From positions 575,891 to 639,890 of the forward strand of contig NW_018480057.1 in the NCBI RefSeq assembly GCF_002113885.1: 64,000 nucleotides of DNA, written 5' to 3'. Every line of letters starts with the position of its first letter. The first letter of the stretch is position 1. Positions 44,701 to 59,700 of the stretch are shown here, piece after piece. Source of the stretch: Mizuhopecten yessoensis (lineage: Eukaryota). Under the pieces are notes generated by a model, which was not told the DNA's origin, did not search any database, and worked only from the letters and a program-made list of their open reading frames with translations. Position numbers and translations under genes: made by a program.

Positions 44701-47700
44701 CCTGACACGCTGGAGGCCTATGCAGCCCCCTTACCCATCGTCTGAAAGTTTGTCTAACATCAAATTAAGCCCGGCTACGGACCCTGGGAAGTATACAATC
44801 TGGCATTACCGGGTATTTACATGAATCATGTACAGGTTTTCCAGTTAAACATTACCGTCCCTGTTTTTGTACCCTTTCCTCTCCTCTACTCAACCCTTAT
44901 TAGTTTCATTCTAGAAATGTAAAGTAAACCGGGGACATGGAAGGCTTATGTAAGCTATTAACTTGTCCCTGGGGATGTCCGCTTAATTGCTTTGCGTTCT
45001 TAGCATACTTGAAACTACCGTTAGTTAGAGGACCTTTACCCGTCTTAAAAAAGAAACGGCGAAAGCTGAAGACATGTGACATGTGAAAGGTATCAGTGGT
45101 GTCGTCTCTTCAAGCACCTGTCATGTGTCTGTAATAACCGGTCTCTTACTTGTCCTTGTACCTCCACGTATCCAAACTCTACTAATACCCGTGACAGTTT
45201 GGGACCTGCTTATATTCTATAGAGAAAGCAGGGCACGCTGTATAATATATATGGCCTACATATGGTATTAACGCGGTCAGTTACACGAACACCCGAAACA
45301 GTCTGAAATGCTTTCCCTGTCCCCTGCCTGAACGCTACTTAAGCCTCTCATACATCCGGACTGCTTTTATTCTTAAATTTTTTAGTAAATTTCCAGCAGT
45401 AAACGGAGGAAAACATCGGAGTGATATAAACAAAGACAGCTATACTCGACATGTCCGAACTTATGAGAGTACGGTTATCAAAACGCTTTGATTAATTCCT
45501 ACGCAAGATGCCATGTTTACCGGTGCCACTGTATTGTGAAAGTGTCGGAGATCATGACCGACCCAGGTCGGTAAACAGTCGCGGTGTATTGATATCAGCT
45601 AAACAAAGACTGCCAGGTAGGCCTCCGATTTCTATCCCGATAACACTATTGATATTAACAGATAAACTTGCTCTGCTCTTCTGATCTTATTTTGTCTTGG
45701 GAATTATTTTCGGGTGATTGAGAACTCCCCCACCGAACTCGAAACAATCGATCGAAAATTCTATTTTGTTTTGAAACATTCTCCTGCAAAGTTAATCTTA
45801 CGCAGCCATAGGAGAGCGCCCTCTATCATGTCTGTCGTCGTCCGTTGACGCAAAACCTTAAAACTTTGCGATATGTTTGAGCGAGAGAAGTCAAGAACAG
45901 GCAAGACTTAATATCTTACGAGTAACATATTTGAACATTTAAAGGGACGTGTAAGTGCTACAAATACAAGTGCTGCATATGAAAGACAAAGAGGTTTGAA
46001 AATGTTTCCATTTTTTATTTACTTTTTTTCGGGAGATCGTGTCTTGTGTTCATATACCAATTGATCATTTTGTCTCAGCAGTTCCTGTTGTTGTGATATC
46101 GAGTTTTAGTTCAGATTGTGTCTTTATATATTGACAATAGATTTTCAGACAAATGATGTGCTGCCACAAATAAACTACGTCATCACGAGGTCAGATATTT
46201 TGACAGTCTTTTTTTATCACGATTTTAATTTTTAATCAAAATAAATTATTTTTATTATTCTAATTCCGATAAAATCGCATATCACATTTCGAGGTAACGG
46301 GTTTTGACTTTTTCAAACTTAAAAAAAAAACACATGTTATTGACAAAATTCTAAAAATAAACGTTCATCGCATTTAACATATGTAATACGTTATAAAATA
46401 TTTCAAAAGGTAATTTCATACTAGGGCAATTTTGTATATGTCTCGATATTATTTTGACAGCTGCAGTTTCTTAATCGGCACATTGTGGCTTAGTGAGTTG
46501 TTTTCAGTGGTATAGAGTCAAGTTACCGGCGAAACAGACGTTTTTTAAAAAAGTTTTCATTTATTGTTTATTTTCAAACAAGATTTAGAAAATAGTATTT
46601 ACACCAAACATAGGATTCTCATTCAGAATAAAAAATATAATTAAACACAAAAATGACCAGCATATATAAAATTATACAGGTCTTCATCCCTAGTTCTAAC
46701 AAAATATAAAAAATAAATAAAGTAAATTATAGCACAGCAGTAAGAATCGAGTATAGTATTTTATAAACATGTAATAAATACCAATGTATGCACATACACT
46801 TCACACCTGTCAGCCATTACACCACTGTATCCGACTATCCAGCATTCCTTACCCTCCCGGAAACACTAGGTGTGAAGGAGCTACAGGAGTAGGCCCTGAC
46901 AATGGCGGCTGCTGATGCACGCGAGATCAAATAAATGGTTAAAAGGTTCGGGGGTTAAACGGTGGTGAGTAGAATCGGCGTGTGTCAGATGTAATAAAAT
47001 GTACAAGGTACATTATCGTGTTCTAAAGATCTCAAAACCCCTAGCACAGGAAGTAGTGCTGGAGGAATTCGGTATTACGTGTTATTTATCAATGGTAAGC
47101 CTCACTTAATTAAAGAGCTTAGCGGTAAAGAGTGGAACTGGTGTGCGACAGGTATTATACAAACAGGTAAAATGCAAAGTAATGTTCTTACATGGGGTCC
47201 TCAGACAGGCCGCGTTCAGGAAATAGCATTGAGGAATTCGGCATTCAGTGATATTTCTCAATAGTAACAGTTAAACCGGTAGCAGTACCTCATGAAGGGA
47301 TAAATTTAGCTCCCCACTAACCCTCCCTCGGACGCCAGATTCTCCCAAAGATCACGCGTCTACTGAACTTTCTTGACCTACACATTTCATTCTCTCTCAA
47401 CCTTCCATTCTTTGCGTATTTATTTGCCCTGCCCTGGTGAGGTAGTCATTGTAAACAAAACAAGATGCAACCAAACAGTAGATCTATTTTTTGGTATGCT
47501 TATAAAATGTATCAATAAAATATAAAAATACGTCATCAACATTTACCAAACGAAACTGTTGAAACAAGTAGAACAATAAAATACAAAACAATATATATTT
47601 TAGATATTTCAAACACCAGCCTGCATTAGCATGATGGCCAGTGTTTACAGTACACACAAGGTTTTATTTACTGTAGTAAATCTGCAGCTCCAGACAAACG

Positions 47701-50700
47701 TAAGATCACGGCATTTAGGTTAGATTTGAATATCCAAAGAGAACTACTTGTATTCAGCTCGTTAATTCAGTGTCGCTTGATTTTTTGTGTTGGTGTTATA
47801 TTGATGGTGCTTCTCGTTTTGTTTCGGAGTACCACTGACATGTACAGTCCAGGGAGCAAACCAAAACGTTCGATGATGACGTTTCGGATAAAATAGCTCT
47901 GGTTAAAAGAACCATTAGGCACGGATCTCGCGCAAGATGTGTTGTCTTAATTTCCGGAATAAATCCCTGGAGTTTTGAGTGACAGAAGTGGCATCGAAGA
48001 TATAGCCAATGGTTCAGTGGCTCTTGAAGAAACACTTACAAACAATTGAAGGCTTTCAGTGCTAGTCTTCGGACTTATACACAAACCTCTTGATGTTTAC
48101 ATTCTGTGAAGAAATCAAAGACTTTAATATGACCTGGGACACATTATAAGACAATTTGTGAACCTGTGTGGTTTACTGCTGGGCCTGTGCACGGGACATC
48201 ATGTGCCATTTATCACGGACAAAATGACAGACGTACATCTCTGGATCAAGTCGGCCGTCGGATCGATTCATGTCAATCCCGTGAGAAAATGAATGAAATT
48301 ATAGTAGTTTGTGTAAAGAAGCGCGATACTTCACTTTCAGTTTCAGAGAGGAATCCAAGAGCGTTGAGACGGATATATACGTCTCCCTATGGTTTGTTTT
48401 AAATCTTGGGATATTGAACGGCACGTAGGAACAGCGTTCTCTAGCACCTTTGAATGATCATTTTAAAGGTACTTCGGGAACATAATCTCTGATAGCGTTT
48501 AATGACGATTTCTGTGATGTATAGGGTGAAAGTCCTGGTACTTATTGAAATGAAAATATCTGTTCATATGTTGTGTATAAGTACCCAAGATTTCTGTTAT
48601 TTCTATGAGGATACCTACCGGATAGAATAAAGAGGCGGTTTTAGTGCTCGTCGAATGTCATGTCTGGTAAACCCAATAGTATGGATCTTTGTCGTACATG
48701 TGGGTGGGGATATCTGGTAATACAAGTTCTGTCGATCGTTCGTGCGTTTGAATGACAAGTACGGTACCTTCGGACAGGCTAGGGCATTACTGGACTGACA
48801 CCTATGTTTGGTAATGGATCAGCGTTAAGGCGCGTGGGGGAGAAGGGTGTATAACGGCCCCTGATAAAAGGGCCCGTTGTTATCTCAGGGCCCGACTAAA
48901 CCCTGGATCAGGGATTTAGTGCCATGCCCTCGACAGTGCTAGACTCCAGATTTAGCGAGATTAACCAGTGTCTCGGTGTCTGGTCATCCTGTCAGGGGTT
49001 TTGACGGACATCTCACGAGAATCACCAGTCTCCCGCAGGTGTATCTAATGAATAAATTTATCAATATATTATTCTGGTTTACGTGTGTTGAAACATACCG
49101 GGATGTCCAATACCATGCATGAAAGCGCTAGCATTATGTTTCTGAGTTTTTCACAACAGTATGCATCGCATTCATATGTAAAATGTACACAAGAATATTT
49201 CGCGTTAGAATGCTTCGCGTTTGTACATGTATATAAAAAGTGTTTGTTGATCGTATTGAACAAAGTGCTTCGTGGCAGGCAATACATGGTTCAATGAAAA
49301 GAGTACGTTTTAGTTGTACTTCAAAAGAAAGCTTTGTATTTGTATACAAAGGAATGCTTTGCGTTAAAATATTTCACGTTTGCGTACTTCGTGATCATAC
49401 GAAAAGATTGCTTCAACATCGTATCACCCCTAGTTGGCTCCGTGAAACTGGTCACTTTGCGGGTTTATGAAGAATGCTTCACAGTTGCATTCCAAACAAC
49501 GTTTTACGGTTGTATGCAAATGATACTTCGTGTAGAAAAAGAGTGATTTAAGATGAGTGCTTTGCCGTGTTGGTTTGTAATACTTGAAAACCCGATATTG
49601 CAGGAAAATATATAGAGTTTGTGTCAAAGAATTGTTAACGAGATTTACCATGCAATTGCTCTCTATAATAATCATCTAAAATTCCATGCACTTGCTCCGA
49701 AAATATGTGTTTGTTACCAACCTCCCATACTGTTTATGAAACAGGGGCACGTTGGCATATTATACAGAGGGAGCTGGAATATCAAATAGTGTCTAGCCCC
49801 TTCGGTAACGGACGGGGTGTCTGACAACGATGTTTTGCGGTACAGTGTGTCTAGCCCATGTGGTAACAGACGGGGTGTGTGGGAACGATGTTTTGCGGTA
49901 CAGTGTGTCTAGCCCCTGTGGTAACAGACGGGGTGTGTTGGGACGATGTTTTGCGGTACAATGTGTCTAGCCCCTGTGGTAACAGACGGGGTGTGTGGGG
50001 ACGATGTTTTGCGGTACAGTGTGTCTAGCCCCTGTGGTAACAGACGGGGGGTGTTGGGACGATGTTTTACGGTACAGTGTGTCTAGCCCCTGTGGTAACA
50101 GACGGGGTGTGTTGGGACAATGTTTTACGGTACAGTGTGTCTAGCCCCTGTGGTAACAGACGGGGTGTGTGGGGACGATGCTTTACGGTACTTTACAATG
50201 GCGGGAGCCGAAGTAAACAGATCTGTTATCGGCCGGGTAGGACTTTTACTCTCACATACCCTGGTAGTGATGTAGTGACCGCTCTATAGATTACAGGGGC
50301 TCGCATTTGTTGACAGAAGTAATGTATCCAGTACGTGTCTCAATTTAACTCAATTTAACTCTTCACACACAGATATTTCAGCCCTTATCTTTCCATCCAC
50401 GCCAGCTTCCTTCTACTTCATCTTATTTTCTCTCTTTTCTATATACATGTATGTTTTCTTTCGGCTTGCCATCACACTTGTCCATCAATCCCGCATTGTT
50501 ACTTTCCTTCCGGTATCATACCATCCCTACTTCCCTTTAGTTTATCCTCCCCTTCACTTTACTTTTATTGGTGTACAATCCATACTCTCACGAACTGCCA
50601 TCTAAACTATCCCTTAACTAATCTCCATCCTTACTTTTGTTCTAATGACGATTCTCAACGTCGCTTAATTCCTTCGACATTTCAATTACTACACTTCACC

Positions 50701-53700
50701 TCCAGTAACTACATAACAACTCCAGTAACTACACTACAACTCCAGTAACTACATAACAACTCCAGTAACTACATAGCAACTCCAGTAACTACACTTCAAC
50801 TCCAGTAACTACACTACAACTCCAGTAACTACACTACAACTCTAGTAACTACATCACAACTCTAGTAACTACATCACAACTCTAGTAACTACACTACAAC
50901 TCCAGTAACTACACTACAACTCCAGTAACTACATAGAAACTCCAGTAACTACATCACAACACTAGTAACTACACTACAACTCCAGTAACTACACTTCAAC
51001 TCCAGTAACTACACTACAACTCCAGTAACTACACTACAACTCTAGTAACTACATCACAACTCTAGTAACTACATCACAACTCCAGTAGCTACACTACAAC
51101 TCCAGTAACTACACTACAACTCCAGTAACTACACTACAACTCCAGTAACTACACTACAACTCCAGTAACTACACTACAACTCCAGTAACTACACTACAAC
51201 TCCAGTAACTACACTACAACTCCAGTAACTACACTACAACTCCAGTAACTACACTACAACTCCAGTAACTACACTACAACTCCAGTAACTACACTACAAC
51301 TCCAGTAACTACACTACAACTCCAGTAACTACACTACAACTCCAGTAACTACACTACAACTCCAGTAACTACACTACAACTCCAGTAACTACACTACAAC
51401 TCCAGTAACTACACTACAACTCCAGTAACTACACTACAACTCCAGTAACTACACTACAACTCCAGTAACTACACTACAACTCCAGTAACTACACTACAAC
51501 TCCAGTAACTACACTACAACTCCAGTAACTACACTACAACTCCAGTAACTACACTACAACTCCAGTAACTACACTACAACTCCAGTAACTACACTACAAC
51601 TCCAGTAACTACACTACAACTCCAGTAACTACACTACAACTCCAGTAACTACACTACAACTCCAGTAACTACACTACAACTCCAGTAACTACACTACAAC
51701 TCCAGTAACTACACTACAACTCCAGTAACTACACTACAACTCCAGTAACTACACTACAACTCCAGTAACTACACTACAACTCCAGTAACTACACTACAAC
51801 TCCAGTAACTACACTACAACTCCAGTAACTACACTACAACTCCAGTAACTACACTACAACTCCAGTAACTACACTACAACTCCAGTAACTACACTACAAC
51901 TCCAGTAACTACACTACAACTCCAGTAACTACACTACAACTCCAGTAACTACACTACAACTCCAGTAACTACACTACAACTCCAGTAACTACACTACAAC
52001 TCCAGTAACTACACTACAACTCCAGTAACTACACTACAACTCCAGTAACTACACTACAACTCCAGTAACTACACTACAACTCCAGTAACTACACTACAAC
52101 TCCAGTAACTACACTACAACTCCAGTAACTACACTACAACTCCAGTAACTACACTACAACTCCAGTAACTACACTACAACTCCAGTAACTACACTACAAC
52201 TCCAGTAACTACACTACAACTCCAGTAACTACACTACAACTCCAGTAACTACACTACAACTCCAGTAACTACACTACAACTCCAGTAACTACACTACAAC
52301 TCCAGTAACTACACTACAACTCCAGTAACTACACTACAACTCCAGTAACTACACTACAACTCCAGTAACTACACTACAACTCCAGTAACTACACTACAAC
52401 TCCAGTAACTACACTACAACTCCAGTAACTACACTACAACTCCAGTAACTACACTACAACTCCAGTAACTACACTACAACTCCAGTAACTACACTACAAC
52501 TCCAGTAACTACACTACAACTCCAGTAACTACACTACAACTCCAGTAACTACACTACAACTCCAGTAACTACACTACAACTCCAGTAACTACACTACAAC
52601 TCCAGTAACTACACTACAACTCCAGTAACTACACTACAACTCCAGTAACTACACTACAACTCCAGTAACTACACTACAACTCCAGTAACTACACTACAAC
52701 TCCAGTAACTACACTACAACTCCAGTAACTACACTACAACTCCAGTAACTACACTACAACTCCAGTAACTACACTACAACTCCAGTAACTACACTACAAC
52801 TCCAGTAACTACACTACAACTCCAGTAACTACACTACAACTCCAGTAACTACACTACAACTCCAGTAACTACACTACAACTCCAGTAACTACACTACAAC
52901 TCCAGTAACTACACTACAACTCCAGTAACTACACTACAACTCCAGTAACTACACTACAACTCCAGTAACTACACTACAACTCCAGTAACTACACTACAAC
53001 TCCAGTAACTACACTACAACTCCAGTAACTACACTACAACTCCAGTAACTACACTACAACTCCAGTAACTACACTACAACTCCAGTAACTACACTACAAC
53101 TCCAGTAACTACACTACAACTCCAGTAACTACACTACAACTCCAGTAACTACACTACAACTCCAGTAACTACACTACAACTCCAGTAACTACACTACAAC
53201 TCCAGTAACTACACTACAACTCCAGTAACTACACTACAACTCCAGTAACTACACTACAACTCCAGTAACTACACTACAACTCCAGTAACTACACTACAAC
53301 TCCAGTAACTACACTTCAACTCCAGTAACTACACTACAACTCCAGTAACTACACTTCAACTCTAGTAACTACATCACAACTCCAGTAACTACATCACAAC
53401 TCCAGTAACTATATCACAACTCCAGTAACTTCACTACAAATCTAGTAACTACATAGCAACTCCACAACTCTAGTAACTACACTTCAACTCCAGTAACTAC
53501 ACTACAACTCCAGTAACTACACTACAACTCCAGTAACTACATCACAACTCCAGTAACTACACTACAACTCCAGTAACTACATCACAACTCCAGTAACTAC
53601 ACTACAACTCCAGTAACTATATTACAACTCCCGTAACTACATACAACTGTAGGAACTCCAGAAACTACACTACTGAATGTTTTTAAAATGTCCCCATTCT

Positions 53701-56700
53701 TTCGCTCTATACATATAGGCGTATAAAAGTCGACATATTGCACAATAATTTACAGAGAACATATGCAATCGATTTCTCACCATTCGTAACAATTACACAA
53801 AGTAACGACACAGTTCCTTGGGTAAAAAACAAAGAGCTGCTCCGAATGAAACTTTAAGTGGACTCTTATGAAGCATAATTTTTTTTTTTTATGAAATTAT
53901 ACAAACACGCTTTAAGCTAGGCAAAATTTTAGTTAAATAACAAAAGTTAATAGTCAATCACACAACCTTTAATTGTAAGTGGACGGTTACTAGTTAACAT
54001 ATAGTGAACATGAGATCAAACATTCTACTGTAAATATTCGATTAATACCTATCATCAATATATTCTTTCCTGTAATTGAGTTTGTAGATTATGCAGGAAG
54101 AGGGCATTTCTTTTTCTACTTTTCAATAACTTATTTAGTAAATTTGTTTTTTATCAATATAAAATTGAAATAAAAAAAGGAAAAGGAGAAGAAAATCGCA
54201 AAATTGAATGTGAAGTATATGATTACATTTATGAATGTGTATAGTTTCCGTGTTTATTTATGTTAACGAGACCCTGCTGTCTTAAGACTAGAAAGATCGC
54301 TGGTATTGTTTATTACGTTAGTAAAATAATAAGGAAATGAGTATCAACAATAGTTGGACGTTCGTGCAATAAGCCCTTGTTTTTCTTTGTCATAAACGAA
54401 ATAATTGCTCAGAATCATGTTTGTAAACATTGTTTTCGATGTGGTTTCATCTGGAGTGTTAAAGACGAATAGAAGAAAACCAGCTCATTCATACCAGAAT
54501 ATGTGTAAGAAAAGATGTTTTTAAAAATCAGACGTTTTTGTCAAGTTCGTAAAAATATTTGTCTCTGATGTAGAAACAGCTTTCATTGGTTAAAAGAAAA
54601 CAATACACATAAAAAAATCTTTGTTTATTCATAACACAACAATATTCAGTACTCCAGGAGGTTTCAAGTGGACCACGGGACGATATGGAGTGTGTTAGGA
54701 GTTTATGGCGGTCATTTAAATTTAATACATATGACGGGTAATTTCTTTATCTTGGTGGGTGGTAAAGATTTTCCTAACTGCAATCGTGTTTACAAAAACA
54801 AGCAGAATAAAAATGTCAACCGGTCAGACGGACGAAAGTGTCAAACACGTAATTAGGAAATCTCGTGCTGCCCCTCGCGAGGCGATAAGGGGCCGGAGGA
54901 ACGCGTGCGTCTTGTCTGTTACCGATAGTATCTATTATGTAATGAGTGGTTTTCTCATAACATCAGATAATTTCTTCACTATTGATTTGAAACAAAAAAA
55001 TCCAAATTCCGGACGTTGTAAACATTCTTTATAATACCCATGCCAAGCTATTTTGGTATAGGACTTTAGTCAAAACGCAGAGCGTAATACAGGGGATTAA
55101 AGTGACTTCGTCATTATTTTATTTTGCTTGCTTGTGTGATTTCTAAAAAAAATATTCAGACGTTGCCTTTAGCGATTATGTAAAATATGACAATGTTCAA
55201 TGAAAACGAATAGTTATGTTTGTTTCGTTCCGCTCCGTTTTTACTAACACATGTATCATGCCATCGTTATTAAATTATGACATACAGTCGCCTATTTTAC
55301 GGACAATATTACAAACGTTTCGAAATCAAAAACATTTTTGGTACAGTCAGACTTCGTTATTTCGGACAGGACATAAGGTCTGAGATATTTCAATATTACC
55401 TAAGACAAAGAATGGAACTTTGTGATCAGGTAACAACTTCGAGATTTATGGATTATTCAAGTTTCCCGGGGTACAGAAAATTAAGCCCGTCTGGACTCAG
55501 TTTTTACATTCTTAGTAAGCCAGCTATAGACACTATAAACCGTGGAGGCGTATACAAATGCGGAAACGAGAACGGTTCATTTAAATTTTGTAATATTAAA
55601 TATGGAAGTGCCTCGTTATATAATGTTTGGATGATTGACAGTTTCCAGTAGGTGGTCGGGTCGGTAGTGCACAGGTGGTAAATCAGCCCAGCAGTGTCTC
55701 CAGATAACATTTATAATAAATATCACCCGTGTACACTTTAAACTACAAGTATAGTTATTTCAACAAAAAAACTCCAAGAAAACTAGTAACCAAACGTTAA
55801 ATAGTCATGTTCGCGTACATATCTGTCTAATACAGTCAACCTTAGAAAAACACCTGTTTATAACGGACTTATGTCTAACTATCATTATAACTATAGTTAA
55901 ACCCTGACTACGGTTTAACGTAGTCACAGGTTTCTTACAGTTACAGTTAACCCTATACTTGTATTAAGTGACCACCTGTTTAAAGTGACCACCTGTATAT
56001 CAATTAAAGTTAAACTTGTCTCACAGACCACTTTCTACACCGACTCTGTCTGTTTTACAACTACAATCGACCCTGTCACAGTGTATATGTGTATCTAAAG
56101 TCAAACCTGTCTTAGAGATCACCTGTCTAAAGCGATTACCTGTCCATAAGGTATGACGAGACTGTCTTAGAATCCACCTGTCTATAGTGACCACCTGTCT
56201 GGAAAACGCTATTTCATAGTATAGACACAAAGCTTCCGGTTCAAAAGTCAAACGAATAGATTTTGAAGCGGTTTTTTTAAGAAGTGTACATAAAATGCAT
56301 TTTACGAAAAATAAAAAACCGAAATGTCTTCCCATTTTGGATTTCCATAAAAAGCGATGACTCTGAGAGTTTAATAGGTAGCTTTTATTACTATTACTGG
56401 GAGATGTTTGTGATTATGTAACCCTAGACCGACATTTGAGAAATATTCAATCCACCTACCGAGAGTGTACACGCGCACTTGTCATAAGAGCTTCTGTTCA
56501 AGTTTGTTTACCGTTTTAAAAATTACACGTATCTCAAATTACTGGTTATATTTAAACAAAGAGTGTGGCTGTCATGGAGGAGTGAGATTTGTCCACAATA
56601 CTTCCCTGTTGTGCGATTTCAGCGAACAGATAGGACAGGGCCTCTCTGGATAAATGTATTAGTGTGTTGACATGTAATCAGAATGTGTGCAAACGTAAAT

Positions 56701-59700
56701 ACTTAACAATCATCCTTCATTTTCTTTCCAAAATCAATTGACAGATCGAAATTTGGTACTCGTTCACAACGAGAAACATCGCTTAAAACTCTTGTCGACG
56801 AAACGGATCATTGGGCGAATTAGATGGCGAAGAATAAAACAACACCATTGAACAACAAGACATTTGTAATGTTTCCATCATAGTCGTGAAAACGTTTTAT
56901 CTATTTTCGTGTTTTGATTGAGAAAAGTGATATTTACTTTGTTGACGTAACTCTTGGAGTATAATATAAATGTATATGGCTCGATAAAAATCAACCGTGG
57001 TCACATATCCCTTTATATAACTCAATGTAAGAGCATAACGAATATTAATTAATATCAACTCAGACGTACCGGCAGCTTGATTTCGGTCTGTCCGAGTCAC
57101 TTGCTCATATTTCTACATTTCTTCTTTCATAATGGCGTCAAATAATCTATCGGTTTTCATATAATTCTTTTGAGAAACATTTATAACACTGTTGTTAAGT
57201 TAAGTCTTTATACTGAATCTCTTTAATAATTAAATGTAAGGTTTTATTTTAACTTAAAACTCGAAATAGCAGCTTCCATACGTTGGAGGTTCACATAGCA
57301 ATATGTACACGAGGATGTGAATATTTTCACGTGATTGTTTTGTTTACATGTTTTTCATGCTGAAATTATCAAGCATTTCAAAATAAACCTCCTTGATATC
57401 AACAGTTTATCACTTTCTTTATTCAAAACAACCCTAAATAACCTTATATCAGTTGACAGGCATAGCCTAGCCGATTACACACTAACGTGAACGGGGACGT
57501 TTCGGACTGTGGTAAATACATAGTAAGGAGTACGTATTACGTGAATTACCCTTCGTCCGGTGGCAGTATTAACGTAACATGAATATAAAACCTCATTTTG
57601 AATTATATAAAAAACGGTGGATAAAAATGTCAAAATTGGCAGAACGTTTCGTTTAAATGCCAAACATTTTTTCTACTGAAACTACACTTCCAAAAAAAGC
57701 AAACAAGAAAATTAATAAATCACATTAGCAATAATAATATCAGATAAAAACAGAAATTATAAATCACATTTATCCATAGTAATATACGAGATACAAATCT
57801 CCGATTAGTAAACAGTAATGTAACCTGTTAAATCCGTGCCGTGTTTTACTGCCCTCCCTACCGTACCTGATTACAGTAGGTTGTTCCTCCAATCTTATCG
57901 TTTGATCTTCGTATTCAAACAAAAGAAATGTTGATATTAAATTTGTCCTTCTGTTCATCTAGGTCTTCCTGCAATATTCTGACCGTTATAAATAAAACGG
58001 GTCAACAAGGTTTACCTTAATATTAAAAAGATTTCTAAAATGTTTGCTCTTGCTATTCCATATGAATTTACGTGGAATTATTATTCATACATCTGCATGC
58101 AATATCAAACTGGATTACCATTTCAAAGCATACTAGTATTTTTTCAAATCTTTAGGTTACAGATGATTTAGTGATTGAAAACAAAATAATTCTTTGCCTT
58201 AGAAAAGGATTTGTTAAATTTGCAAAGATTTATTGGGTGAATTCGACGATAAATATGGCGCTGCGGAGCATTATTACGTCTGACTCATCATGATAGCATG
58301 CATGTTGATCGCCCGGGGATCGTCGGGGTCCCACTGGCGCTTGATGCAAACAAAATTAACGTTAATAAAACAGGCATATAAGTCCGCAAAATCCTCCTTG
58401 GGCGGAGTTAGCGCCGTGATTCCTCCTTGCTGTATATAAAGTACATATCTCATCGCCTTCCATTCAGACGACAGTAATAAAATATAGATCCCTGAGTGTA
58501 AATTTGTAGAGGAATTTTGGTATTGGATCAGGTTATCTTTCAAGGAAATAATTTAGGATCATTGATAGAAAGAAATGTTATCCACAGGAAGTCAAAGAAT
58601 ACACTAGTGTGATGACCGATTTACCGCGAATGCATCCCTCCATTTGAAGAATTAATCCACTGTATTAAGTACAAACGTGGCAACAATAGATCACGGACAG
58701 GGTCGGTTTTATGTTTGATTGTGAGTGCAATTTATCTAATACAATAATGTCTATATTGAAAATAGCTTCAGACCGTCGGAAATTTGTCCAATAATAAGCA
58801 AACGTAACATTAGATCAATGTACTAATTTTTAATATTTTTATGAAAGAAGATACAGTGACGAGAGAAACAAGAAAGGTTTAAACTGAAAAATAGTTCAAA
58901 CCATTATATCTCAAACCATTAAAGATATTAAAAAAAAATATTTAAGCGAGAATATACGTTTCTGGTACTGAATAATCTTAAATAAACGAACCCTGTTGGT
59001 CAACATATGATCAATGATTGTAAGGATTATGACTTTGCAGTAATTTTTCAGACCTTCGAGCTTCAATGCCACTTCGAATAGCTGACCACGACATGAAAGG
59101 TTACGCCGTACAATACCATCATAGGTCCTTAACGGATCCCCTTTTTATAATATTATCAAAAATTCATGCTGACAGTTCAAGTTCAGTCAGATTGAAAACA
59201 ACTTATTGATAAGATGCCGATAAGCTAGACCCAACTCACAAAGTGGTATTGCTAGTTTCAAAATGGCTGATTAACAGTATTTGTATATCTACTGTCTTGT
59301 CACATATATAGGCTAAACAATCATTATCATTAGGTCCCGATGGTAGTTAGAACATTGGGGAGGTGAGAGGAATGGGGATAGGGTGGTCAAAACAGTGACA
59401 CTAACACATCGTCAGCACAAACGGAGAGGATATACAAAATTTTCAAACAGGAACAGAAAAAAATACACCACGGAGTCAACAGACGATATGGACAAAATAT
59501 ACCACAGATTCAACACACAAGGATAAATATACACAACGTCAATACCCAAGGACAAAAGTACACGGCGTCAACACACAAGGACAGAAGTACACAGCGTCAG
59601 CACACATGGACAAAAGTACACAGCGTCAACACACAAGGACAAACTATACCACAGCGTCAGCACACATGGGCAAAAATACACAGCGTCAACACACAAGGAC

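Noticed and set aside
18525-53673. Tandem arrays as CRISPR-like loci
   Set aside because: Head-to-tail units without unique spacers, eukaryotic context, no cas genes
55277-55651. 124-aa plus-strand ORF as a nested gene in the RFX6 intron
   Set aside because: No recognisable homology or splice structure; compatible with chance
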